From IMG/VR virus record IMGVR_UViG_2061766007_000510: DNA of 18,416 nt, one strand, 5' to 3'. Both the position numbers and the translations under genes were made by a program. Positions 8,769-17,564 of this stretch are shown here, one piece after another. Every line of letters begins with the position of its first letter. The stretch's first letter is position 1. This DNA comes from an uncultured virus (IMG/VR IMGVR_UViG_2061766007_000510) (Duplodnaviria; Heunggongvirae; Uroviricota; Caudoviricetes). A model generated the notes under the pieces. That model saw nothing but the letters and a program-made list of their open reading frames with translations. It ran no database searches and had not been told where the DNA came from.

Positions 8769-8920
8769 GGTGTTGTCTCCTATGTTGAGTTTCTGCATCC
8801 ACCCTATTCGCTACCGGAGCATCCCGGCTTGCCCCCCGTCCCGCCCCGGTGGATACGGGGAGGCGGCAGGGAGGAAAAAATTTCCTGCCGGTAGGTTCCN
8901 NNNNNNNNNNNNNNNNNNNN

Positions 8921-9432
8921 ACGGCCTGCTTGAGGGCACCCACGCACTCCTCGTAGGATTTCCTCAAGTCGCAAGGACGGAAATTTACCGCCACGCCCAC
9001 GCCCTTGACACCGCAAGTGTTCTCAATGACCGAGTAGAGGGCACGGCAGTCGCAGTCCCTTACTCCGCATACTAAACGGGTTTCCGGAGTGAACTGGAGT
9101 TCAACCACGCAGTCACACCCGCGCACCTTGAACGGGACGCTGGCGGAGCCGAACGTGGTCGCCTTCGGCTTGCGTTCCTCGTCACGCTTGGCCTTGAGGG
9201 CCTTGCCCTCCTCCTCGCTGATGACCTCAAAGCGGTCGGTGTCGGGGTGGATTGCACAACCCCACGTGCCGTGAATCTGACCCATATCGTCCGTGTGCTC
9301 GTACTGACCGATGGCACCCGTCATACGCGGTTCCCCGTCCATATAGATGACCTTGACCCATTGACCCTTTACCATAGTACCCTCCGTTGTCGGTATCTGT
9401 TCTTGGTTCGTTGTGTTCTTGGGAATACTCAT
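8921..9432 (-). CDS. DUF4314-like domain protein (alternative start 9375); stop lies in gap
   Basis: KGQWVKVIYMDGEP...GQYEHTDDMGQIHGTWG...DTDRFEVI matches the DUF4314 pattern as I recall it; two RBS/ATG pairs. Confidence 0.7.
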
Positions 9433-9617
9433 AATTACCTCCGGTTATCTCCCCTATCCGCTACCGGGGAATCCCGGCTTGCCCCCCGTCCGTCTCCGGT
9501 GGGTGCCGGATAGCAAAGCGGAAGAAAAAATTTCCTGCCGGAAGGGTCCGGCAGGTATCGGCTANNNNNNNNNNNNNNNNNNNNNNNNNNNNNNNNNNNN
9601 NNNNNNNNNNNNNNNNN

Positions 9618-9989
9618 CTCCTGCAAGTGCAGGTGCAGGCGCTGCGCGGTGGTGAGCGGAGCCTTCACGATGCAGTGGTCTTGCACCCGCGTGTACCCGT
9701 AGTAGCCGTTGTGATACCACTTGCGGTAGACGTAGTACCCCGCGTCCTTGATGTCGGCCACGATGGCATCCCAATGCTCCTCGGTCAGCAGGAAGGAATT
9801 TTTCCCGCCCTTGAACTCCTTCACCCATCCCGCCCAAACGTGCTCGGGCATGGGGGTATTGTCATAGGCAGCGGTCTCCCACTTCTTGGAAAAAATATAA
9901 TCCTCCACCTGCTCCACCTCGCGGCGGAACTGCTTGGCGTTCTGCTTGGCAATCTGTTCTTGGTTCGCGGTGTTCTTTGGAATACTCAT
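9618..9989 (-). CDS. Hypothetical protein, 3' end in gap
   Basis: GGAGG RBS; first 13 codons shared with gene 9432. Confidence 0.8.
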
Positions 9990-10177
9990 AATTACCTCCG
10001 GTTGTCTTCCCTATCCGATACCCGAACGCTCCGGCTTTCCCCCCGTCCTACTCCGGTGGATGGCTCCGGCGCACGCCAGTCCCATCTGGGGGCCCGCCAG
10101 TGGCGTCCTTCCGCCCGCGTCCTCCCCAAACGCAGAAGGGGCCCCCGAGGGGGCCCCTAGAAGGTGGCGGTGCAGTC

Positions 10178-10378
10178 CTACCAACGCGGGAACTTGATGC
10201 ACCGGATGACACTCGCGTAGAACGCGGTGAGCACCACGAGCCAACTGACGGACAGTTCAATCACGTCGCTGACGGGGGGCACGTCGCCCTTGGCGAGGCC
10301 GATGAGGGTGATAACCGACTCGCCAACGAGGGCGAGCGTGAAGGCGGTGAGAACCGCGACAATCAGGGTCTTGAGCAT
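10178..10378 (-). CDS. Small two-TM membrane protein (66 aa; paralog of 14888-15187)
   Basis: Two hydrophobic stretches; AVLTAFTLALVGE...IELSVSW. Confidence 0.8.
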   Translation of the reverse strand: MLKTLIVAVLTAFTLALVGESVITLIGLAKGDVPPVSDVIELSVSWLVVLTAFYASVIRCIKFPRW

Positions 10379-10397
10379 AAGCAACCTACCTGATAGT

Positions 10398-10419
10398 GCA
10401 GGTTTCATGGGCAACCTGC
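10398..10419 (-). promoter_or_regulatory. 5' leader hairpin family B (other copies 15209-15230 and 17873-17894)
   Basis: GCAGGTT-GCCCnnGA-AACCTGC; third copy GCGGGTT/AACCCGC shows a compensatory change. Confidence 0.7.
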
Positions 10420-10533
10420 GACAGCCCTATGTCCACGTACCTTATACGCTACCGGTGCACTCCGGCTTGCCCCCCGTCCTACTCCGGTGGTATAGGGCCG
10501 TCCGCGATGTCCCGCAGCTCGGCCCCTATTCCG

Positions 10534-10562
10534 CATATCGCAATTTTCGGGGGAAATGTCAA
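10534..10562 (-). promoter_or_regulatory. Possible sigma70-like promoter
   Basis: TTGACA-N17-GATATG in an AT-richer patch, between a half copy and a full copy of the repeat. Confidence 0.45.
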
Positions 10563-10692
10563 GTACCTAGTGCAAAATTCTCCGTAAAATTTTTTAAACA
10601 CTCCGGCTTGCCTCCCGTCCTAGTCCGGTGGGTAGCACCCGAAGCCCCCCGGCAGGTACCGGGAGGCTACGGGCGGGGTTCCGGGAGGCTCG

Positions 10693-11001
10693 CTAGCCGA
10701 CAAGGGCCTTGTACTTGGCGAGCACCTGCTCCTGCACGTACTCGTAGAGAGTCCGGTCGGTGGGTTCCACTATGCTCTTGAAGTTCTCCCCCTTGTAGAA
10801 GGGGTCGAGCGGGTAGGAAACGAAAAATTCCCCCTCGTTATTCTCCATGATGCGGATGCCGCGGACGACAATCGCGTTATTGAAAGTAATCTGGGCGAGG
10901 CCGCGCAGGTGGCCGAGGTTCACTCCCTCCTTGAAGGGAAAAATCTTGATGTCCGTCAGTTCAAGACCGCAGACGCCCGTAGTGTTCTTTTCTTCTGCCA
11001 T
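10693..11001 (-). CDS. spoVG: SpoVG family nucleic-acid-binding protein (102 aa)
   Basis: LTDIKIFP...LRGLAQITFNNAIVVRGIRIMENNEGEFFVSYP...FKSIVEP...VLAKY is the typical SpoVG pattern; AAGGAG RBS. Confidence 0.88.
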   Translation of the reverse strand: MAEEKNTTGVCGLELTDIKIFPFKEGVNLGHLRGLAQITFNNAIVVRGIRIMENNEGEFFVSYPLDPFYKGENFKSIVEPTDRTLYEYVQEQVLAKYKALVG

Positions 11002-11194
11002 AGCAAACTCCTTTTCGTTGGCAAAGAATATATCCGCCACCCGAACGCCCCGGCGTGCCCCCCGTCCTCTCCCGGTGGACAAATAAAAAAATTCCTGGGA
11101 CGCCGCGGCGGCTGCCAGGCTGTCCCGGGNNNNNNNNNNNNNNNNNNNNNNCCCGCCTTGCGGCAGGGACTCCCTTGTGGGGCGAAAGGAAATG

Positions 11195-11575
11195 CTAGAG
11201 GTTGTTGAGTTCGTCCTCAACGAGTTCCTTCTGAACGCTCTCCCAAAGGGCGGAGTAGCGGGGAGCGAGAAGGCCGAAGCGGACAACCTTGACGAGTTCG
11301 GCAGGCCCTTCGCTCAGGATGGCCTTGAAGAGGTTCATGCCCGTCACGCGACCCGTATGGGTGGCGAGGTAGAGAGGGATGCGGTTGCCGCAGTCGGGGT
11401 AGCGTTCGTAGAGTTTCTTCATGATGTAGCGGTCGCTCTCCACCGCCTTCTCGATGCTGCCCATAATCTTGTCGAGCGGGTCGCCCTCGTTCTGCTGGCG
11501 AATGTCCTCAAAGTCCTCCGCCATATCGTCCACGATGCGGTCAAGTTCTTTTTTGTCTTCTTCCGTGAGTACCAT
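11195..11575 (-). CDS. Acidic hypothetical protein (126 aa)
   Basis: AAGGAAGG RBS before MVLTEEDKK. Confidence 0.8.
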   Translation of the reverse strand: MVLTEEDKKELDRIVDDMAEDFEDIRQQNEGDPLDKIMGSIEKAVESDRYIMKKLYERYPDCGNRIPLYLATHTGRVTGMNLFKAILSEGPAELVKVVRFGLLAPRYSALWESVQKELVEDELNNL

Positions 11576-11738
11576 ATCACACCTTCCTTTCGCTCGCTCG
11601 GGCAACATCGCCCTCGCAAGTACCCTATACGCTACCCGAGCCCTCCGGCTTTCCCCCCGTCCTAGTCCGGTGGAGGGCAGAAAAAAATCCTGTCCGGTCC
11701 CTGAGCCTCGGCAGTCCTCCCGCGGCAGTGAACGGGAA

Positions 11739-11764
11739 GAGCCCCCGCCTTGCGGCAGGGGCTC
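11739..11764 (-). repeat. Repeated 3' GCAA-tetraloop hairpin (other copies 11152-11172, 13910-13934, 14303-14327)
   Basis: GAGCCCCTGCC-GCAA-GGCGGGGGCT, 12-23 nt after stop codons; no T-tract in the three complete copies. Confidence 0.8.
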
Positions 11765-11780
11765 TCGCTCTCCTTCTAGT

Positions 11781-12083
11781 CTACTTGCCAATCGCCTCCT
11801 TGAGCAACTTCGCAATCTCCTTATCAGTTTCCGCGTCCATCTTCTTGCGGTAGGGAGCACGTTTCTTGACCGCGTCCTCAATCAGGTGCAACTCGGAGAG
11901 AAAAATTTCGTCGGGAGCACAGATGCGGTGGAGGTTCAAGAGCGTGATGATACGCTCCCAAATGTCCTCGTTGAGGAGGGTGACCGCATGTGCGGGGTCA
12001 ATGTCCTTGACACGCTTGGCGGTCTTGCTGGCGGTGGCGGTCTTCGTGGTCTTCGGGGTCTTGGGGGTCTTCTTCTGTGCCAT
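11781..12083 (-). CDS. Hypothetical protein with K/T-rich basic N-terminal tail (100 aa)
   Basis: MAQKKTPKTPKTTKTATASKTAK; repeat 47 nt upstream. Confidence 0.8.
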   Translation of the reverse strand: MAQKKTPKTPKTTKTATASKTAKRVKDIDPAHAVTLLNEDIWERIITLLNLHRICAPDEIFLSELHLIEDAVKKRAPYRKKMDAETDKEIAKLLKEAIGK

Positions 12084-12102
12084 ACTGCACCCTTTCGCTA
12101 GC

Positions 12103-12118
12103 GGACGGACACCCGTCC
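12103..12118 (-). promoter_or_regulatory. 5' leader hairpin family A (7 copies)
   Basis: GGRCGG-GYGT-CCGYCC at 12103, 13805, 14168, 14603, 16381, 16816 and 18338, always between the repeat and the RBS. Confidence 0.75.
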
Positions 12119-12532
12119 TACGTACGCCCTATCCCATACCCGAGCCCTCCGGCTTGCCCCCCGTCCTTCTCCGGTGGAGCACTCCCGATGTCGCCAGTGC
12201 GGCCAGGGACGGTACCGGCGTCATCCTGCTCGGGTTCCGTCGTCCTCCCGGTAGCCCCCCGTCCACACCCGGTGGGACGCGTTGCCTCCTGACGCCGTCG
12301 TCCCAGCGGCTGTCGCCTCCCAGAAGCCCCCGCTGTCCATACCGCATGCCCCACGTCCTCACCCGGTGGTATGCCCCGGTGCCCGCCGGCAGCCTCCAGN
12401 NNNNNNNNNNNNNNNNNNNNNNNNNNNNNNNNNNNNNNNNNNNNNNNNNNNNNNNNNNNNNNNNNNNNNNNNNNNNNNNNNNNNNNNNNNNNNNNNNNNN
12501 NNNNNNNNNNNNNNNNNNNNNNNNNNNNNNNN

Positions 12533-13061
12533 TGTGGTCGATGACGGGAATTTTCATAATTTTCCCTGCGGCACAGATAACGCTAGTGATGGCAAAGTCT
12601 TCCTCGCTCGGCTCGGAGTTGCCGCTCGGGTGGTTGTGTGCGAGCATGATGCTGACCGCGTTGTCCATCAGGGCGGCACGGAACACCTCACGGGGTGCTG
12701 CGGGGGTTTGGTTGACGAGCCCGACCGTGATGTCGTGGCGGTTGATGATGTGGTTTGCAGCGTCGAGCGTGAGCACGACGAAGTTCTCCTGACACGCAAA
12801 CTTGAGGTCGCAGAGCCTCGGCAGAGCGTCTTCCGGATTTACCACCGATTTCGCCTCGGTGCCGACCACGTAATGGGCGGAGAGTTCACAGCAGGCGATA
12901 ATCTTCTCCGCGGTCGATTCCCCGATGCCCCTGAAGTTCATCAGACGCTCCTTGCTCGGGATGGCGGTGCAGGTTGCGAGGTAGTCGCACACGCGACGGG
13001 CGAGGTCAGCGTCGCCCAATATGGCTGCGAAGAGCCGTTCTGTTGTCTGAGAGTTTTCCAT
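12533..13061 (-). CDS. radC: RadC-like JAB/MPN domain protein; C-terminus in gap
   Basis: HhH-like RGIGESTA, then QENFVVLTLD...PREVFRAAL...AHNHPSGNSEPSEED...PVIDH. Confidence 0.93.
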
Positions 13062-13187
13062 CGTATTGCCTCCGATATACCTATACGCCACCGGGGAGCT
13101 CCGGCTTGCCCCCCGTCCTATTCCGGTGGGGAGAGGTCGGTGCCCGCCGCCCTGGACAGGGACCGTGCTGACGTCGGGCAGTCCCCG

Positions 13188-13220
13188 TAAAAGAGAAACT
13201 CCGGCATTGCCTGCCGGAGT
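13188..13220 (-). terminator. Intrinsic terminator
   Basis: ACTCCGGCA-GGCAA-TGCCGGAGT followed by TTCTCTTTT. Confidence 0.75.
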
Positions 13221-13242
13221 CTTCAGTGTCGACAAAAAATTT

Positions 13243-13335
13243 CTATCCGTGGTATCCCCCGATGCGACCGAATTCGCAGGGTGCAATGGTTGGATGACGA
13301 TAGAGCATTCCTGACGGCTGGGTTAATTTATTCAT
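13243..13335 (-). CDS. 30-aa peptide MNKLTQPSGMLYRHPTIAPCEFGRIGGYHG
   Basis: Found manually: AAGGAG RBS, its own repeat copy at 13396 and a terminator downstream. Confidence 0.6.
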   Translation of the reverse strand: MNKLTQPSGMLYRHPTIAPCEFGRIGGYHG

Positions 13336-13462
13336 TTGGCTTGTCTCCTTTTAGTTGGTTTTGTTTTGGTGTCCGCCACTCGGCGGCTCACCGGATATAT
13401 TCTACCGGAGCACTCCGGCATGCCCCCCGTCCGCTTCCGGTGGGGGCACCGGCGTGCACGGG

Positions 13463-13783
13463 CTAGGCTTCAGGTCCCTCGCATGGTTCGAGCTTTGCAG
13501 AGTAGTCCCCGAGCGACAGCAGCACGAAGGACTCTCCCGAGTCCGGCTCGGTCAGCCTCAGCAGGTGGTGACCGCTCGCATAGTAGTCCACGCAGTCGTC
13601 GTCTTCCTCGTCGTACCCGTCGTCGAGTTTGACCGTGATGGCACACTCCGCACCGTCATCCCACAGCACGAGCGGGTATACGCACATACGCTCGTCCGGT
13701 TCGATTTTGTCCAACGCCTCGGTGAGGGCGTCCATGTCATAGGTAATCTTGTACCCGCCGAAAAAGATTTCCTTTGTTTCCAT
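13463..13783 (-). CDS. Extremely acidic protein (106 aa)
   Basis: LDDGYDEEDDD; follows a repeat plus family A leader. Confidence 0.85.
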   Translation of the reverse strand: METKEIFFGGYKITYDMDALTEALDKIEPDERMCVYPLVLWDDGAECAITVKLDDGYDEEDDDCVDYYASGHHLLRLTEPDSGESFVLLSLGDYSAKLEPCEGPEA

Positions 13784-13946
13784 TCTGTTGCCTGCCTTGT
13801 TGCTGGGCGGACACCCGCCCTACGTTCTCCCTATCAGCCACCGGGACATCCCGGCTTGCCCCCCGTCCGCCTCCGGTGGGAGCAGCCGGAACGCCCGCAG
13901 GGAGCAGGAAGCCCCCGCCTTGCGGCAGGGGCTCATCGGTAGGGGT

Positions 13947-14150
13947 CTAGTGGCGGAAGTCAGCCCAACACGTAGCACCGGAGCAGGCGGTCAGTTCCTC
14001 GGGCACGTCAATGCCCTTGTCCTTGAAAAATTTTACCGCCTCGTCAAAGTCCTCGGGATATTCTCCCTTGATGAGGCGGAGGGTGTTCTCGAGTTGGCGA
14101 CGGTTCGGGTTGCGGATGCCCTTGACAAATTTTTCCACACTTGGCGACAT
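13947..14150 (-). CDS. Hypothetical protein (67 aa)
   Basis: AAAGGA RBS; repeat plus family A leader; GCAA hairpin at the 3' end. Confidence 0.8.
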   Translation of the reverse strand: MSPSVEKFVKGIRNPNRRQLENTLRLIKGEYPEDFDEAVKFFKDKGIDVPEELTACSGATCWADFRH

Positions 14151-14350
14151 ATTCAGTCCTTTTCAATGGGCGGACACCCGCCCGACATTCTCCCTATCAG
14201 CCACCCGCCCGCTCCGGCTTGCCCCCCGTCCGCCTCCGGTGGATGACGCCCGGTGCCAGCCGGCAGCCTCCTGGAGCCCGCCGGCAGCCTCCTGATGCAG
14301 GAAGCCCCCGCCTTGCGGCAGGGGCTCCTCGGTTGGGCGGGGTGGAAACG

Positions 14351-14584
14351 CTACGGGAGGTTCTCGATACCCTCGATGTACCAAATCCGCTCGCAAGAGA
14401 GGTCGATACTCAGAAAGACCGTAAACTCCACACGCTCGCCCTTCGGGAAGATGAGCGGGTAGAGGGCGACCACCTTCGCCTTGGCGGTCGCATAGTCGGG
14501 GTCGGACACCTCGAACGCGGTATGGTTGATGTAAGATTTGTCAGTTCCGATATAGTTGTCGGCTTTGATGCTAAAACGTACCAT
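14351..14584 (-). CDS. Hypothetical protein (77 aa)
   Basis: AAAGGCAGG RBS; repeat plus family A leader. Confidence 0.8.
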   Translation of the reverse strand: MVRFSIKADNYIGTDKSYINHTAFEVSDPDYATAKAKVVALYPLIFPKGERVEFTVFLSIDLSCERIWYIEGIENLP

Positions 14585-14837
14585 AGTACCCTGCCTTTCA
14601 TTGGACGGACGCCCGCCTGCAAATATAATATCCTCTACCCGAGCCCTCCGGCTTTCCCCCCGTCCTTATCCGGTGGGAAATGCCCGCCACCAGCACGCAG
14701 CCACGGGACCGGACGACCCCGCTCAGGAAAGAAAAAATTTTCAGGCTGCCGAATACCCCCCGTCCTATTCCGGTGGGATATGCCGGAACACCCCGGGAGG
14801 CACCTGGATGCCTCCGGTAGCAGTGCCTTAGGGCAAG

Positions 14838-14869
14838 AAAAAAAGAAAGCCACCCTCTCGGGGTGGCTT
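14838..14869 (-). terminator. Intrinsic terminator
   Basis: AAGCCACCC-loop-GGGTGGCTT followed by TCTTTTTTT. Confidence 0.8.
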
Positions 14870-14887
14870 GTGGTCTAGGCTCCCGTC

Positions 14888-15187
14888 CTATTCGTTGGTC
14901 GGGGTATCGTGGTCTTCGTCTTCCGGCTCATCGTCTTCCCCGTCTTCCGGCTCGTCCTCTTCCGGCTCGTCATAGTGGTGGATGACCACCACCCCGACAC
15001 CGCCCGAGCGACCGAACGCGATGCGGAGCACGCCCGCGATGAACGCCACGAGGACAACGCCCCAAGCCACCCCGAGCTCGATGAGGGAGCCCACGTCTGT
15101 GGTCTTCCCGAGAGCGAACAGAGCCGTTTCGGCAACAAGGGCAACGGTAAAGGCAGAGAGAATAGCAACGCAAAGAACTTTTTTCAT
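14888..15187 (-). CDS. Two-TM membrane protein with acidic DEPE-repeat tail (99 aa)
   Basis: AILSAFTVALVAE...IELGVAW; tail DEPEEDEPEDGEDDEPEDED. Confidence 0.85.
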   Translation of the reverse strand: MKKVLCVAILSAFTVALVAETALFALGKTTDVGSLIELGVAWGVVLVAFIAGVLRIAFGRSGGVGVVVIHHYDEPEEDEPEDGEDDEPEDEDHDTPTNE

Positions 15188-15468
15188 AGTATACCACCTT
15201 TCGCTATCGCAGGTTTCAAGGGCAACCTGCACCGCCCGTCTACATCTACCCTATCCGCTACCCGAACGCTCCGGCTTGCCCCCCGTCCTTTCCCGGTGGT
15301 ATCCCCGGGATTCCCCCGGAGGCTGCCAGTAGGTCCCGGGAGATGCCGCTGGGGTGACCTTAGTGCTCGCTTGTGCAGTGGAGCATTCCCCCCGTCCGCA
15401 TCCGGTGGACAATAAAAAAATCCGCGGCCGCCTCCAGTCCCAGACATCGCCGCGAGGCTTCGGGAAAT

Positions 15469-15656
15469 AAAAAAATCCGGCTTCCCCGAAGGTCTGCCGG
15501 ACTAGTCAAGGTTAATCACTCCTTCGGGGCTTTGCCCCGCGGCACTGACCCGTGCCGCCCTCCGTCTCGTGGATAGGTACGTGAACCGCTATGCCTAGTA
15601 GTCCAAGTCACTTTTGACTTCCGGCTGACCTACCGGAGCGGTGGCGAACCCCCGCA
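15469..15656 (-). ncRNA. Candidate structured non-coding RNA (~190 nt)
   Basis: Starts just downstream of the repeat at 15664; at least six hairpins, long-range pairing, terminator with T7; no credible RBS-led ORF. Confidence 0.65.
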
Positions 15657-16245
15657 TATACCCTATACGCTACCCGAGCCCTCCGGCTTGCCCCCCGTCC
15701 TAGTCCGGTGGTATCGCACCGCCCACGCCGGTCCATCAGGATGCCGAGGCGGGCCGCCCCCGGTGGCTCCTCGGTGCACACCCGAGCACTACCGGCATGC
15801 CCCACGTCCGTCTCCGGTGGAAGGCTGACCCGCCCGCGGCCGTCGAATCGCCAGCCAGTGGATGCTTCCAGCGTCGTACTGGTGACAGCAGGCCTCCCGT
15901 CCCACCCCGGTGGTATCGCGGGGAACTCCCGGAGGCTGCCACGGTGGTCCCGGGGAACTGCTCGCAGGAAAAAACTTCCACGCCTTAGCCATGCACCACA
16001 ACACAATAAATAATACAGCAACTTTGCACTGAGCCGTCAACCCCCGAGCACATAAAAAATTGTAAATTTCGCATTACATTCTTTTCCCAATGCCTCCCGT
16101 CCCGTTCCGGTGGAATACGCCGGAAACCCCCGGACGCCGCAGGGAGACATCCGGGGAGTTCGTTAAAAAAAATTGCCGGGACATCTACGANNNNNNNNNN
16201 CCTTCCAAACGGAAGAGGGCCCGGCCTAAGCCGAGCCCCCAAGAG

Positions 16246-16362
16246 TTAGCCCTTATGGGCTTTCTGCTCATCCTCCTCCTGCTTGAGGTCGGCATCCGTC
16301 TTGTGGAAGCCGAGCATCAGCATCGGGAGCAGGAGCAGAGGTATGAGCGTCAACGCTAGCAT
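16246..16362 (-). CDS. 38-aa single-TM peptide MLALTLIPLLLLPMLMLGFHKTDADLKQEEDEQKAHKG
   Basis: Found manually: GGGAG RBS; repeat plus family A leader at 45-nt spacing. Confidence 0.7.
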   Translation of the reverse strand: MLALTLIPLLLLPMLMLGFHKTDADLKQEEDEQKAHKG

Positions 16363-16629
16363 ACGCATCTCCCTGCCTATGGACGGACACCCGCCCGCAA
16401 AAATCTTATCCGCTACCGGAACACTCCGGCTTGCCCCCCGTCCGCATCCGGTGGCAGCACGTCAGCACGCGGCCGTCGACAGCGGGCCGCCAGCCTCGTC
16501 GACAGCATCCCAGAGCCCTCCCGCAAGCCCCCCGTCCTTCTCCGGTGGGTAGCACCCGAAGCCCCCCGGGAGGTCCCGGGAGCATGTCGTCGAGAAACGG
16601 GAAAGGGAGCATTCCGCCCCCCGAGTCCG

Positions 16630-16797
16630 CTATCCCCTCATAGCGAAATTTTTCCTTATGTTCCCGCTAGGGTCGCCCCATTCGACAAATTTCTTGTCGT
16701 CCTCTGTGAGGGGTTCGCCCTTCTGCTCCTTGCGGAGGATAGCAAGGACCGCACTCTCGATACGCTCACGATTAAAAAAAGTAAAGTCAGCCAACAT
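16630..16797 (-). CDS. Hypothetical protein (55 aa)
   Basis: AAAGGCAGG RBS before MLADFTFF; repeat plus family A leader. Confidence 0.75.
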   Translation of the reverse strand: MLADFTFFNRERIESAVLAILRKEQKGEPLTEDDKKFVEWGDPSGNIRKNFAMRG

Positions 16798-16958
16798 AGC
16801 AACCTGCCTTTCAGTGGACGGACGCCCGCCCGCAAAAAAATTATCCGCCACCCGCCCGCTCCGGAGTGCCCCCCGTCCGCCTCCGGTGGAAACGGCTTAT
16901 TTCCCCCTGTGCAGCCACGGCCGCCCGCTGGGCCCGCCAGATGCCGCGNNNNNNNNNN

Positions 16959-17226
16959 TCTGATGGCCGCTAGTGGCGCGGGTCCACTTCCCGAGGTGGA
17001 ACGCCTGCCCGTTGCGGACAACGCTCACGATGGTAGAGTAAGACTGAAGGCACACGATGCCGTTCGCCACGTCCTCCACTATCCACGCATGACCGCTGCC
17101 GCAGAACGAGCCGCGGCCCACGTCCAACTCTCTCACGAGTTCAAAACGCGGCTCTGCCGCACCTTCCGCAAGCATGTTGCGGTAGTCTTCCGTATAATAC
17201 GGATATGTCCAAGTATGCTTTGCCAT
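16959..17226 (-). CDS. Phage-type protein with LxSYxT...GKW motif; stop in or near gap (paralog of 17565-17852)
   Basis: AWIVEDVANGIVCLQSYSTIVSV...HLGKWTRATSGHQ. Confidence 0.8.
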
Positions 17227-17437
17227 AAGACCCTGCCTTTTTCCGAGGGGCACCATCGCCCCGCATATACCCTATACGCTACCCGAGCCCTCCGGCTTGC
17301 CCCCCGTCNNNNNNNNNNNNNNNNNNNNNNNNNNNNNNNNNNNNNNNNNNNNNNNNNNNNNNNNNNNNNNNNNNNNNNNNNNNNNNNNNNNNNNNNNNNN
17401 NNNNNNNNNNNNNNNNNNNNNNNNNNNNNNNNNNNNN

Positions 17438-17468
17438 CGAAAGCGTCGAACTTGATGGAGTTTTTCAT
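17438..17468 (-). CDS. 5' fragment of a gene (MKNSIKFDAF); remainder in gap
   Basis: AAAGGA RBS; repeat at 17508. Confidence 0.5.
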
Positions 17469-17564
17469 GGTGTTGTTCCTTTTTGGTTAAGTGGTTTGTG
17501 TGATGCATATCCCGGAGCGGGGCGGGCGGGCTTGCCCCCCGTCCGTTTCCGGTGGGGGCTGCCG

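Noticed and set aside
10693..13286. Long N-terminal extensions in the ORF track (10693-11286, 11195-11881, 12129-13286)
   Set aside because: They read through repeats or gaps; internal RBS-ATG pairs give starts at 11001, 11575 and 13061.
15469..15656. tRNA, hammerhead, SRP or c-di-GMP riboswitch identity for the structured RNA
   Set aside because: No T-loop/anticodon cloverleaf, no CUGANGA/GAAA core, and no convincing SRP or GEMM consensus by eye.
16010..16040. Sigma70 promoter TTGACG-N19-TATTAT
   Set aside because: The spacer is too long and no clear gene follows directly; kept only as context for the half sites.
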